IMG/VR virus record: IMGVR_UViG_3300029775_000241
Coordinates: 1 to 29,414 of that record
Length of the DNA stretch: 29,414 nucleotides
Reading direction: 5' to 3' (one strand)
Source of the DNA: a virus
Taxonomy: Duplodnaviria; Caudoviricetes
Under the pieces are notes generated by a model that ran no database searches, was not told the origin of the DNA, and saw nothing but the letters and a program-made list of their open reading frames with translations. Made by a program: the position numbers and the translations under genes. Below, in pieces: positions 8,699 through 17,157 of this stretch (within the stretch, counting starts at the first letter, position 1; each line of letters begins with the position of its first letter).

Positions 8699-8758
8699 GC
8701 AATGTATAAAATATCTCCTACACATTCATACTAATTCATATAAAAACTAATGCAGTCA

Positions 8759-8787
8759 TTGATATTCGACGATAAATGTGTTATACT
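8759..8787 (+). promoter_or_regulatory. Putative sigmaA promoter for the HTH-BREX-Thoeris operon
   Basis: TTGATA-17 bp-TATACT with an extended TGn, 44 bp before ATG 8832. Confidence 0.65.
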
Positions 8788-8831
8788 TATTGATAGTCTT
8801 AGTTGCAGCATAACAATTGGAGGAAATTTAA

Positions 8832-9023
8832 ATGTCTAACGAACCCGAGAAATGGTCAAGCCTTGAAGAGATCGCCGAGCATCTCGGCGTGAGCAAAGAT
8901 ACAATCCGTAATTGGATTAAGAAAGGCGTTATTCCGCACCGCCGGATTGGTAAACAATATAAATTCAAAATTTCAGAAGTAGATGCTTGGGTTGACAGCG
9001 GCAAAAGCGCCGAGATTGAATGA
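8832..9023 (+). CDS. Excisionase/MerR-like winged HTH protein (HTH_17 type)
   Basis: SLEEIAEHLGVSKDTIRNWIKKGVIPHRRIGKQYKFKISEVDAW; GGAGG RBS. Confidence 0.88.
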   Translation: MSNEPEKWSSLEEIAEHLGVSKDTIRNWIKKGVIPHRRIGKQYKFKISEVDAWVDSGKSAEIE

Positions 9024-9075
9024 GCTGCCAATAGCAATTTAAGGTCAGAGAGGCGTGAAAAGGTGATAATAATAT

Positions 9076-9681
9076 ATGGATATTTCTATGCCGTACAACG
9101 GCTGCCTGACTGCCGAGCAGTTCCTCTTCTACGAGATGAGGATTGTGTCGAAGCAGTATCTGGAAAACAAGTCCGTTGAAGATATAATTGAATATGTCAA
9201 ACGAGACAACCTGTTCCAGTACCCAACGGAGCGTATGATTAACCGACTTACCCGAGCCTGCTATAAGCGGCTTGCTGCGCTTGGCAACAATAAATTGGTC
9301 TACGAGGTGGCAAACGCTCCCGTCGAGGTGGCGAAGCAGATTAACCTCTATGCCATGATGCGATACAACCGCCTTATCCGCGAGTTTATGGAAGGGATTG
9401 TCGGCGAGAAGTATCGCCAGCAGGACTTCTCTTACACCAAGAAGGACATCAACATGTTCTTTTCCCGCTTGCAGGAGCAGAACGACGACGTGGCGGCTTG
9501 GAGCGACCAAACGATTATGAAATTAAAGCAGGTGCTGACCAAGTGCCTGATTGAAACGGAGATGCTCGACAGCGTGAAGGATACCACACTGAACCCCATC
9601 TTCATAAGTGCTGAATTAGAAACAGGTATCCGTGAAAACAACGACTTGACCGCGCTCGCCGCGTTCAACTGTTTTAGATAG
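9076..9681 (+). CDS. brxA: BREX BrxA (DUF1819)
   Basis: 201 aa with YNGCLTAEQFLFYE, NLFQYPTE, WSDQT motifs. First gene of the canonical BREX order. Confidence 0.88.
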   Translation: MDISMPYNGCLTAEQFLFYEMRIVSKQYLENKSVEDIIEYVKRDNLFQYPTERMINRLTRACYKRLAALGNNKLVYEVANAPVEVAKQINLYAMMRYNRLIREFMEGIVGEKYRQQDFSYTKKDINMFFSRLQEQNDDVAAWSDQTIMKLKQVLTKCLIETEMLDSVKDTTLNPIFISAELETGIRENNDLTALAAFNCFR

Positions 9682-9691
9682 GAGCGTGACT

Positions 9692-10249
9692 ATGGCAGAT
9701 ATCAAACAAGAACTTGATAGAATTAAGGGGCGTATCTCTGATGTGAACTTCCTCGCTAACAAGGGGCTTTCTAACGAGGTGGGGATTCACGTCTTCAAAT
9801 ACGAGCCTCAATACGAACTAATAGTCCGCGACTACATTGAGCGGCTTATAAATACGCCGTCTGATGACTACAGGGTGATTGAACGGGATATGTACAAGAT
9901 ACTGCTCGAAATACTGGAGGAGAAGCGAGTGCTTGGCACCGTGCCGTCTTTGGAGGAAAAGAAAGGCAAGGACTACCTCCTCGCCCAGCTTCAGAAGATA
10001 GCTACGCAGGAGGCATTCCTCGCCAAGATGAAGTATGAGCCGCATCAACACGGCGATGTGCTGTTCCTTACGGGCGTCGGCAAAGTGTACCCCTTTATGC
10101 GATCGCACAAAATGCTCGACAGTATGCAACAAGCATTCTCAGATGTACCAATTGTAATGTTCTATCCAGGGGAATTTAACGGGCAAAGCCTAATCCTGTT
10201 TGATAAGTTCCACGACGGAAACTATTACAGAGCGTTCAATCTACTTTAA
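9692..10249 (+). CDS. brxB: BREX BrxB (DUF1788)
   Basis: GLSNEV, LTGVGKVYPFMRSH, VMFYPGEF, NYYRAF motifs. Confidence 0.92.
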   Translation: MADIKQELDRIKGRISDVNFLANKGLSNEVGIHVFKYEPQYELIVRDYIERLINTPSDDYRVIERDMYKILLEILEEKRVLGTVPSLEEKKGKDYLLAQLQKIATQEAFLAKMKYEPHQHGDVLFLTGVGKVYPFMRSHKMLDSMQQAFSDVPIVMFYPGEFNGQSLILFDKFHDGNYYRAFNLL

Positions 10250-10264
10250 CCGGAGGAAACCACT

Positions 10265-13200
10265 ATGAAGATTCAGAGTATGTTCCAAAAGGACATCAAC
10301 CGTGATATCAACGGCGTTATCAAGGTGGCACAGGACGACGAGCAAAGTCTCGTACAGGAACTTGGCGAATATATCATCACCAAGGAACTCCGCCGCCATT
10401 TCAATACCTTCTTCGATAACTACTCGAAGGCCATCGATCACCCGACAGATAAAATTGGGGTCTGGATATCGGGCTTTTTTGGAAGTGGTAAATCTCACTT
10501 CCTTAAAATGCTATCCTATCTGCTGTCCAATCAAGAGGTCGCAGGGCAACATGCCGTGGACTTCTTCAAGGATAAGTTCGACGACCCGATGATGTATGCC
10601 ACAGTAGTACGTTGCACGAATATCCCTACCGAGTCGATTCTCTTTAACATCGATATTGAGGGACCCATTAACAAAGACAAAACTGCGGTTCTGCGCGTGT
10701 TCGCCAAGGTGTTCTACAACCACCTCGGCTTTTACGGCGAGGACTTGAAAATAGCGAAACTGGAACGTTTCGTAGACAAGCAAGGCAAGACAGAAGCTTT
10801 CCGCGCAGCGTTTGAGGAAGTCAACGGGGCACCATGGGTAGAAAACCGTGCCTCCTACGCATTTTTTGAGGACGACATTGTATCCGTTCTGCAAAGCGTT
10901 CTTGGTATGAGCGAAACCGCTGCGCGTAACTGGTTCAACGGTGAAGAAAACGTGGATATGAGCATCAAGCAGCTTGTTGAGGAAATCAAGGAGTATGTCG
11001 ATTCCAAGGGTAAAGATTTCCGGCTCCTGTTCTGCGTGGATGAGGTCGGCCAATATATCGGTGATGACGGTGACCTAATGATTAACCTCCAGTCGATTGT
11101 AGAAGAAGTCGGCAGCAAGTGCCGTGGCAAAGTCTGGGTAATGGTTACGAGCCAAGAAGCCATTGATTCGGTGGTCAAAATCAGTGGCGACGATTTTTCC
11201 AAGATTCAAGGACGTTTCAACACGCGTCTGTCCCTGTCTTCCGCTTCGGTGGATGAGGTTATCAAGAAGCGTATCCTTGAAAAAACTGAGGATGCGGACG
11301 CGCTCCTGCGTATGGTTTATGACAAGGAGCACGCCGTATTGAAGAACCTATTCACGTTCAACGATGCGGTGCTGGACATAAAAGGCTACGCCAACGGGGC
11401 GGAATTCTCCGCGACCTATCCGTTCGTACCATACCAGTTCATCATAATTCAGAAGGTACTAGCCGAAATCCGCAAGCACGGCAATTCTGGTAAACACCTA
11501 TCGGGCGGTGAGCGTTCGATGCTCTCCGGCTTCCAAGAGGCGGCACAGAAGGTACAGAGCAAAGATGAGAATGCCCTTGTGCCTTTCTCGCAGTTTTACG
11601 ACACGGTGCATACCTTCCTTGAAAGCCCGATACGCCGCGTAATCGACCGCTGCCAGACCGCTGCCGACAAGCACGACGGCTTGGAACAGCGTGATGTGAG
11701 CGTTCTGAAATTACTCTATCTTGTTCGCTACATCGACGATATTAAGGCGAACATCGACAACATCGCTATCCTGATGGTGGACGACATCCGCACGGACAAG
11801 ATAACCCTGCGCCGTGAAATCGCTGAGAGTCTTGAGCGTTTGGAACGCCAGAACTACGTCGCACGAAACGGCGACAACTACTCGTTCCTGACCGATGAGG
11901 AGCAGGATATTGCCATTGATATCCGCAATACTTCCGTGGACAGCGGGACTATCGTCCAGAGCATCGGGCAGACGATTTTCAGCGAGATTTACCCGTCAAA
12001 GAAATACAAATACAACAAATACGACTTCTCCTACGACCAGTACATCGACGAAACCATCGTCGGTGCAGCTACGGGCGGGGTTCGCTTGCGTTTCGTCACT
12101 GTGGCGAGCGACTATTACAACGTACCCGAAGCACGGCTGATTATGGATTCGCAGGTCAACAACGAAGCTATTGTGCTGCTGTCGAGCGAAGTTCAGTATT
12201 TTGAGGAACTCGAAACCGCCGCTAAGATTCGCAAATACATCAAGCAGAAAAACGTGTCCCAGTTGCCGGAGAGCATTCAGGACATTATCCGCAAGCGTCA
12301 GGCACAAGCCCGCACTCTGGAAGAGAGCGCGAAGGCTCAGATTGACAAGGCTATCGTGGGCGGTGCATTCTTCATCTGCGGCGAAAAGATAGAAATCAAA
12401 TACGGCGAAGCCAAGGGCAAGCTGGACGAAGCCTTGAAGCAACTCATCGAGAGTGTCTACTCCAAACTAAACCTTGTGAACACGTTCTATGAGAGTGATG
12501 CTGACATTCTTACCATTCTCAACGGCGAACCGCAGCAGAGCGGTTTTGCTGGGATGGGCAGCAACAATGAGTTTGCTCTGAACGAAGTCAGCCAGTGGCT
12601 TGAGGAACGCCACATGAGCCACGTCCCCGTGTCTATGGGCGATGTGCAGAGGCGCTACCAGGCAATACCTTATGGTTGGCGAGAGATTGACATTGCCGCT
12701 CTTGTGGCACGGCTTATCGTGTCACAAAAGATTGAAATCCGCTATGGTGGAGCGGTCGTGGGCAAGGACGACAAGAATCTCGTCCGCTATTTGCGCGTGA
12801 AGTCCGAGATTGACAAAGCAAGCGTAAGCCGTCGAATTGCTCCGTCCGAGGACGATATGCGGAAAACGGTCAAATTTCTACGCGACTGGCTCGGACAGAT
12901 GAGCATCGCTGAGGACGAGGACGGTTTGCTGACCTTCGTCAAAGACACGTTGACTGCAAGGCTACAAAGTTATGAAAACCTGCTCACAGCAGAATACAGC
13001 CGTGACCGCTACCCGCAAAAGGAAGTGGTGATGAGCGCCCGCGATTTGATGCGTGACATTCTCTCGCAGAAGAACGACAACGTAGCTCTCTTAAAACGTC
13101 TGCTTGCCAAGCAGGATGATCTGCTTGATAGCACGGAAGATATGGAAGAAATCGAAGCCTTCTTTAAGTCCCAACGGACTATCTTTGACGCAGCACGAAA

Positions 13201-13792
13201 ACTTCAAAGCGATCTGCAAAACGAGAGGGACTACTTCGTCACCGACTCTGACACCAACGGTAAAATTAATGAGATTTCTGCTATCCTCGGTATGCCGAAG
13301 CCTTATGGAAGAATCAAAGATCTCTCTGATCTTATGCAGGGGATAAAGACTGCCTATGGCGTTCTTTTAGAGCAAAAGAAAGAGGAAGTTCGCGGTATTA
13401 TCACCTTATGTATGGGTGATGTCCACACACTCGCAGGTGTTGGAAGCAAAGCAAACGACGAAGTAAAGAAGTCGGACGACCGCTTCACCGAGTACAAACA
13501 GAAAGTCACCGATGCCACAAGCCTTACCGTGCTTGACGCAATGATAACGCAGTTACAGAACTATAAAGACCAAGTTTGCAAACGGGTGGAGTCCATGCTT
13601 CATGAAGACCCAGCGCCCCACGAAGCGGGGGCCGAAAAGCCGAAGCCGCAAAAAATCGTACAAGTTCGCCGCTACGACGTGTTCCCCGTCAAACGGCTGA
13701 CCTCAAAAGACGACGTGGATGCCTATCTTGAAGGTATACGCAAGAAGCTGTACGACACATTGGAAGCAAACGATGGAATTCAAATAAATTAA
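10265..13792 (+). CDS. brxC: BREX P-loop ATPase BrxC
   Basis: DINRDINGVIKV N-terminus; Walker A WISGFFGSGKSHFLK; Walker B VDEVGQYIG; YPFVPYQ; PYGW. Confidence 0.95.
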   Translation: MKIQSMFQKDINRDINGVIKVAQDDEQSLVQELGEYIITKELRRHFNTFFDNYSKAIDHPTDKIGVWISGFFGSGKSHFLKMLSYLLSNQEVAGQHAVDFFKDKFDDPMMYATVVRCTNIPTESILFNIDIEGPINKDKTAVLRVFAKVFYNHLGFYGEDLKIAKLERFVDKQGKTEAFRAAFEEVNGAPWVENRASYAFFEDDIVSVLQSVLGMSETAARNWFNGEENVDMSIKQLVEEIKEYVDSKGKDFRLLFCVDEVGQYIGDDGDLMINLQSIVEEVGSKCRGKVWVMVTSQEAIDSVVKISGDDFSKIQGRFNTRLSLSSASVDEVIKKRILEKTEDADALLRMVYDKEHAVLKNLFTFNDAVLDIKGYANGAEFSATYPFVPYQFIIIQKVLAEIRKHGNSGKHLSGGERSMLSGFQEAAQKVQSKDENALVPFSQFYDTVHTFLESPIRRVIDRCQTAADKHDGLEQRDVSVLKLLYLVRYIDDIKANIDNIAILMVDDIRTDKITLRREIAESLERLERQNYVARNGDNYSFLTDEEQDIAIDIRNTSVDSGTIVQSIGQTIFSEIYPSKKYKYNKYDFSYDQYIDETIVGAATGGVRLRFVTVASDYYNVPEARLIMDSQVNNEAIVLLSSEVQYFEELETAAKIRKYIKQKNVSQLPESIQDIIRKRQAQARTLEESAKAQIDKAIVGGAFFICGEKIEIKYGEAKGKLDEALKQLIESVYSKLNLVNTFYESDADILTILNGEPQQSGFAGMGSNNEFALNEVSQWLEERHMSHVPVSMGDVQRRYQAIPYGWREIDIAALVARLIVSQKIEIRYGGAVVGKDDKNLVRYLRVKSEIDKASVSRRIAPSEDDMRKTVKFLRDWLGQMSIAEDEDGLLTFVKDTLTARLQSYENLLTAEYSRDRYPQKEVVMSARDLMRDILSQKNDNVALLKRLLAKQDDLLDSTEDMEEIEAFFKSQRTIFDAARKLQSDLQNERDYFVTDSDTNGKINEISAILGMPKPYGRIKDLSDLMQGIKTAYGVLLEQKKEEVRGIITLCMGDVHTLAGVGSKANDEVKKSDDRFTEYKQKVTDATSLTVLDAMITQLQNYKDQVCKRVESMLHEDPAPHEAGAEKPKPQKIVQVRRYDVFPVKRLTSKDDVDAYLEGIRKKLYDTLEANDGIQIN

Positions 13793-13806
13793 GCGAGGGT
13801 GTGAAT

Positions 13807-16800
13807 ATGAACAAGAACGCCATTCAAAAATATGCAGTCTGGGCGCGGAATGAGTTGATCGAGCAGATCCAGCAACGTGCCTATCAATATGGCATCAGTC
13901 AAAAAGGCTATGGTGAGGAAAATGCTACAGTTATATCTGGACGTGTGCTTTCCACAGATGAGAAGCGGCAGCGCACAGCCTTTGTCCACGAGATACAGAA
14001 ACAAGGCTATCAACAAGCAATTGAGGAAGTGGCGTACACTTGGTTCAACCGCTTTGTCGCCCTGCGCTATATGGAAGTCAACGACTATCTGCCAACCCAT
14101 GTCCGTGTGTTCTCAGACGCGAGCGGCAGTTTCAACCCCGAAATTCTCAAAGATGTTCTGCATCTCGAATTAAAAGACTTGGACAGGGTGAAAGTGTCTG
14201 AACTACTAAACGCTAATCAGACGGAAGAACTCTACCGCTATCTCCTTCTGACGCAGTGCAACGCATTAAACGAGGCATTGCCGGAGATGTTCGAGAAACT
14301 CGGCAGCTACACCGAAATGCTATTGCCAAATAACATTCTGAAACCGGACAGTGTTCTTGGGCGGCTTGTGACGGATATACCCGAAGAAGATTTCAGAGAC
14401 GCAGTACAGATTATCGGTTGGATGTACCAGTATTACAACACCGAGCCGAAGCAGTCTGTGTTTGACGGCCTGAAGAAAAATGTGAAAATTACAAAGGATA
14501 AAATCCCCGCTGCGACACAGCTTTTCACGCCGGACTGGATTGTACGGTATATGGTCGAGAACAGCCTCGGACGGCAGTGGCTTGAAAACCACCCGAACGA
14601 CACATTGAAAGCGAACTGGAAATATTACCTCGACGAAGCGGAACAAACACCGGAAGTTGCAGAAAAGCTGCGCGTTCTGCGCTCGCAGTCGCCTGTGAAG
14701 TCACCGGAGGACATCCGCCTGATCGACCCCTGCATGGGCAGCGGCCACATACTGGTGTATGCCTTTGACGTGCTGATGCAGATATATGAGAGCGAAGGCT
14801 ATAATCCCCGTGATGCCGCAAAATTAATACTTGAGAAAAATATCTACGGTCTGGACATCGACCGCAGGGCATATCAGCTTGCATATTTCTCGCTGATGAT
14901 GAAAGCACGGCAATACAACCGCCGTATTTTCACGGAGGATGTGAAGCCGCAGGTCTATTATCCGGCAGGTTGGAGCGACGGTGAGGAATATGGCTCACTT
15001 GTAAAAGTCGACACGCTCCCGCCGAAACCAGAACTGCCGAAAGACCAACTTACAATTTTTGATGATTATGAGCGAGACTATCGTGTGTGGAACTTCAAGC
15101 GTCTATTGGCGCAGAAATACGATGTGGTTGTCACCAACCCGCCGTATATGGGTAGCTCGGGTATGGGCGTGAAACTGTCTGATTATGTAAAGAACAACTA
15201 TCCTGATAGCAAAACCGACCTGTTCGCTGTGTTCATTGAGAAGTGCGGCGAACTGCTTAAACCTATGGGTTATCAAGCGATGATTACTCAGCACTCTTGG
15301 ATGTTTTTGTCGAGTTATGGGAAACTCCGTAGCAAATTGCTACATAGGAATGTTGCAAATATGGCACACCTCGGTGCCAGGGCGTTTGAGGAAATTGGGG
15401 GTGAAGTGGTACAAACAACTGCTTTTGTTTTATCGAAGACCAACGTGGTCGATTTTGATGCGGTTTATGTAAGGTTGCTGAGCTACAATAGCCAGCAATC
15501 GAAAGAGGAAGCGTTTTTATCTGGAAAAGACCGCTACACTGCAAAGAAAGAGAACTTTGAGAGAATGCCCGGTTGCCCTGTGGCATATTGGGTGAGCGAT
15601 AGTTTTGTTGCATTATTTAACAATTCGCTCTTCACTGACTTCTATGACTTTAAGCGTGGAATTGCAACAGGCAACAATGACTTGTTTCTGCGTTTTTGGT
15701 GGGAAGTCGCTGAAATAAAAACAAGTTTGACTTCATCCGACTACAGTATCAAGAACCGTAAATGGTATCCGTATAATAAGGGTGGAGAAGCCCGAAAATG
15801 GTATGGAAATAGAGAATACCTTGTCAACTGGGAAAACGACGGTCACGCAATAAGAACATACACAAATAGTGCTGGCAAACAAGGAAGCAGACCCCAGAAT
15901 ACGGCATTCAACTTCTCGGAGAATATAAGTTATTCTTCATTGGCATCTGGCGATTTATCATTCCGTAGCTATAAAGGGTTTATCAACGACCAAGCAGGAA
16001 ACTACTTCATTAGTAAAGGGAGCTTAACATATTCGTTTGCGATGGCTTTGCTAAATTCTTGTGTTTCTGCATTTTGCATGGGATTACAGAACCCCACACT
16101 AAATACAACAGCCGATGATTTTAACGGTATACCTGTGCCCAGTTTTGCGACCGAAACAATATCTACTGTTAATAGCATATCACTGGATAATATATCTACA
16201 TCAAGAGCCGACTGGGATAGCTTTGAAACATCATGGGACTTCAAGCGCCATCCGTTGCTCTGCGGCGAGCATACGGTTGCGGCAGCGTTTGCCAAGTGGG
16301 AGCGCGAGGCGGCGGAGCGATTCGACGCACTCAAAGCCAATGAAGAAGAACTCAACCGCATTTTCATTGACATCTACGGCTTGCAGGACGAACTCACGCC
16401 GGAAGTTGAAGACAAGAATGTGACCGTACGCCCTGCCGATTTGAAACGCGATATTCGCAGTCTCATCAGCTATGCTGTTGGCTGTATGTTCGGACGGTAC
16501 TCACTTGATATTGAAGGTCTTGCCTACGCGGGCGGCGACTGGGACGCGGGTAAATATAAGACGTTCATTCCCGACAAGGACAATATCCTCCCTATCTGCG
16601 ACGACGAGTATTTTGACGACGACATTGTGGGCCGGTTTGTGGACTTCGTGCGCGTGGTCTACGGTGCGGAAACATTGGAGGAAAATTTGAAGTTCATCGC
16701 CGACGCGCTCGGCGGCAAGGGCACGCCGCGTGAGGTTATTCGGAACTACTTCCTGAACGACTTCTATGCCGACCACTGCAAGATCTACCAGAAGCGCCCG

Positions 16801-17148
16801 ATTTACTGGCTGTTTGACAGCGGCAAGAAAAACGGCTTCAAGGCTCTTGTCTACCTGCATCGCTACTCGCGTGACCTGCTCGCCAAACTGCGGACGGATT
16901 ACGTCCACGAACAGCAGGAGCGGTACCGTACACAGCTGGCGCATATCGCCACAGCTCTGAACACCGCAACAGGCGCAGAACGGGCGCGACTCTTAAAGCA
17001 ACAGGACAAGCTGACAGAGCAACTAAAAGAAATCACCGCTTTTGAAGAGAAGGTACACCACCTCGCCGACCAAAACATTGAGATTGATCTTGACGACGGT
17101 GTGAAGAAGAATTACGAAATTTTCACCGACGTTCTGGCGAAGATATAG
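13807..17148 (+). CDS. pglX: BREX-1 adenine methyltransferase PglX (BrxX)
   Basis: AYTWFNR, PAATQLFTPDWIVRYMVENSLGR, motif I DPCMGSGH, motif IV NPPY, YQKRPIYW, DLDDGVKKNY. Confidence 0.96.
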   Translation: MNKNAIQKYAVWARNELIEQIQQRAYQYGISQKGYGEENATVISGRVLSTDEKRQRTAFVHEIQKQGYQQAIEEVAYTWFNRFVALRYMEVNDYLPTHVRVFSDASGSFNPEILKDVLHLELKDLDRVKVSELLNANQTEELYRYLLLTQCNALNEALPEMFEKLGSYTEMLLPNNILKPDSVLGRLVTDIPEEDFRDAVQIIGWMYQYYNTEPKQSVFDGLKKNVKITKDKIPAATQLFTPDWIVRYMVENSLGRQWLENHPNDTLKANWKYYLDEAEQTPEVAEKLRVLRSQSPVKSPEDIRLIDPCMGSGHILVYAFDVLMQIYESEGYNPRDAAKLILEKNIYGLDIDRRAYQLAYFSLMMKARQYNRRIFTEDVKPQVYYPAGWSDGEEYGSLVKVDTLPPKPELPKDQLTIFDDYERDYRVWNFKRLLAQKYDVVVTNPPYMGSSGMGVKLSDYVKNNYPDSKTDLFAVFIEKCGELLKPMGYQAMITQHSWMFLSSYGKLRSKLLHRNVANMAHLGARAFEEIGGEVVQTTAFVLSKTNVVDFDAVYVRLLSYNSQQSKEEAFLSGKDRYTAKKENFERMPGCPVAYWVSDSFVALFNNSLFTDFYDFKRGIATGNNDLFLRFWWEVAEIKTSLTSSDYSIKNRKWYPYNKGGEARKWYGNREYLVNWENDGHAIRTYTNSAGKQGSRPQNTAFNFSENISYSSLASGDLSFRSYKGFINDQAGNYFISKGSLTYSFAMALLNSCVSAFCMGLQNPTLNTTADDFNGIPVPSFATETISTVNSISLDNISTSRADWDSFETSWDFKRHPLLCGEHTVAAAFAKWEREAAERFDALKANEEELNRIFIDIYGLQDELTPEVEDKNVTVRPADLKRDIRSLISYAVGCMFGRYSLDIEGLAYAGGDWDAGKYKTFIPDKDNILPICDDEYFDDDIVGRFVDFVRVVYGAETLEENLKFIADALGGKGTPREVIRNYFLNDFYADHCKIYQKRPIYWLFDSGKKNGFKALVYLHRYSRDLLAKLRTDYVHEQQERYRTQLAHIATALNTATGAERARLLKQQDKLTEQLKEITAFEEKVHHLADQNIEIDLDDGVKKNYEIFTDVLAKI

Positions 17149-17157
17149 GAGGACACT

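Noticed and set aside
8832-9023. BrxR call for the regulator upstream of brxA
   Set aside because: It is only 63 aa with no WYL domain. A true excisionase role is also unsupported because no tyrosine integrase is adjacent.
13807-17148. Phase-variable or invertible pglX
   Set aside because: There is a single intact copy. No partial pglX, adjacent tyrosine recombinase, inverted repeats or long simple-sequence tract was seen.
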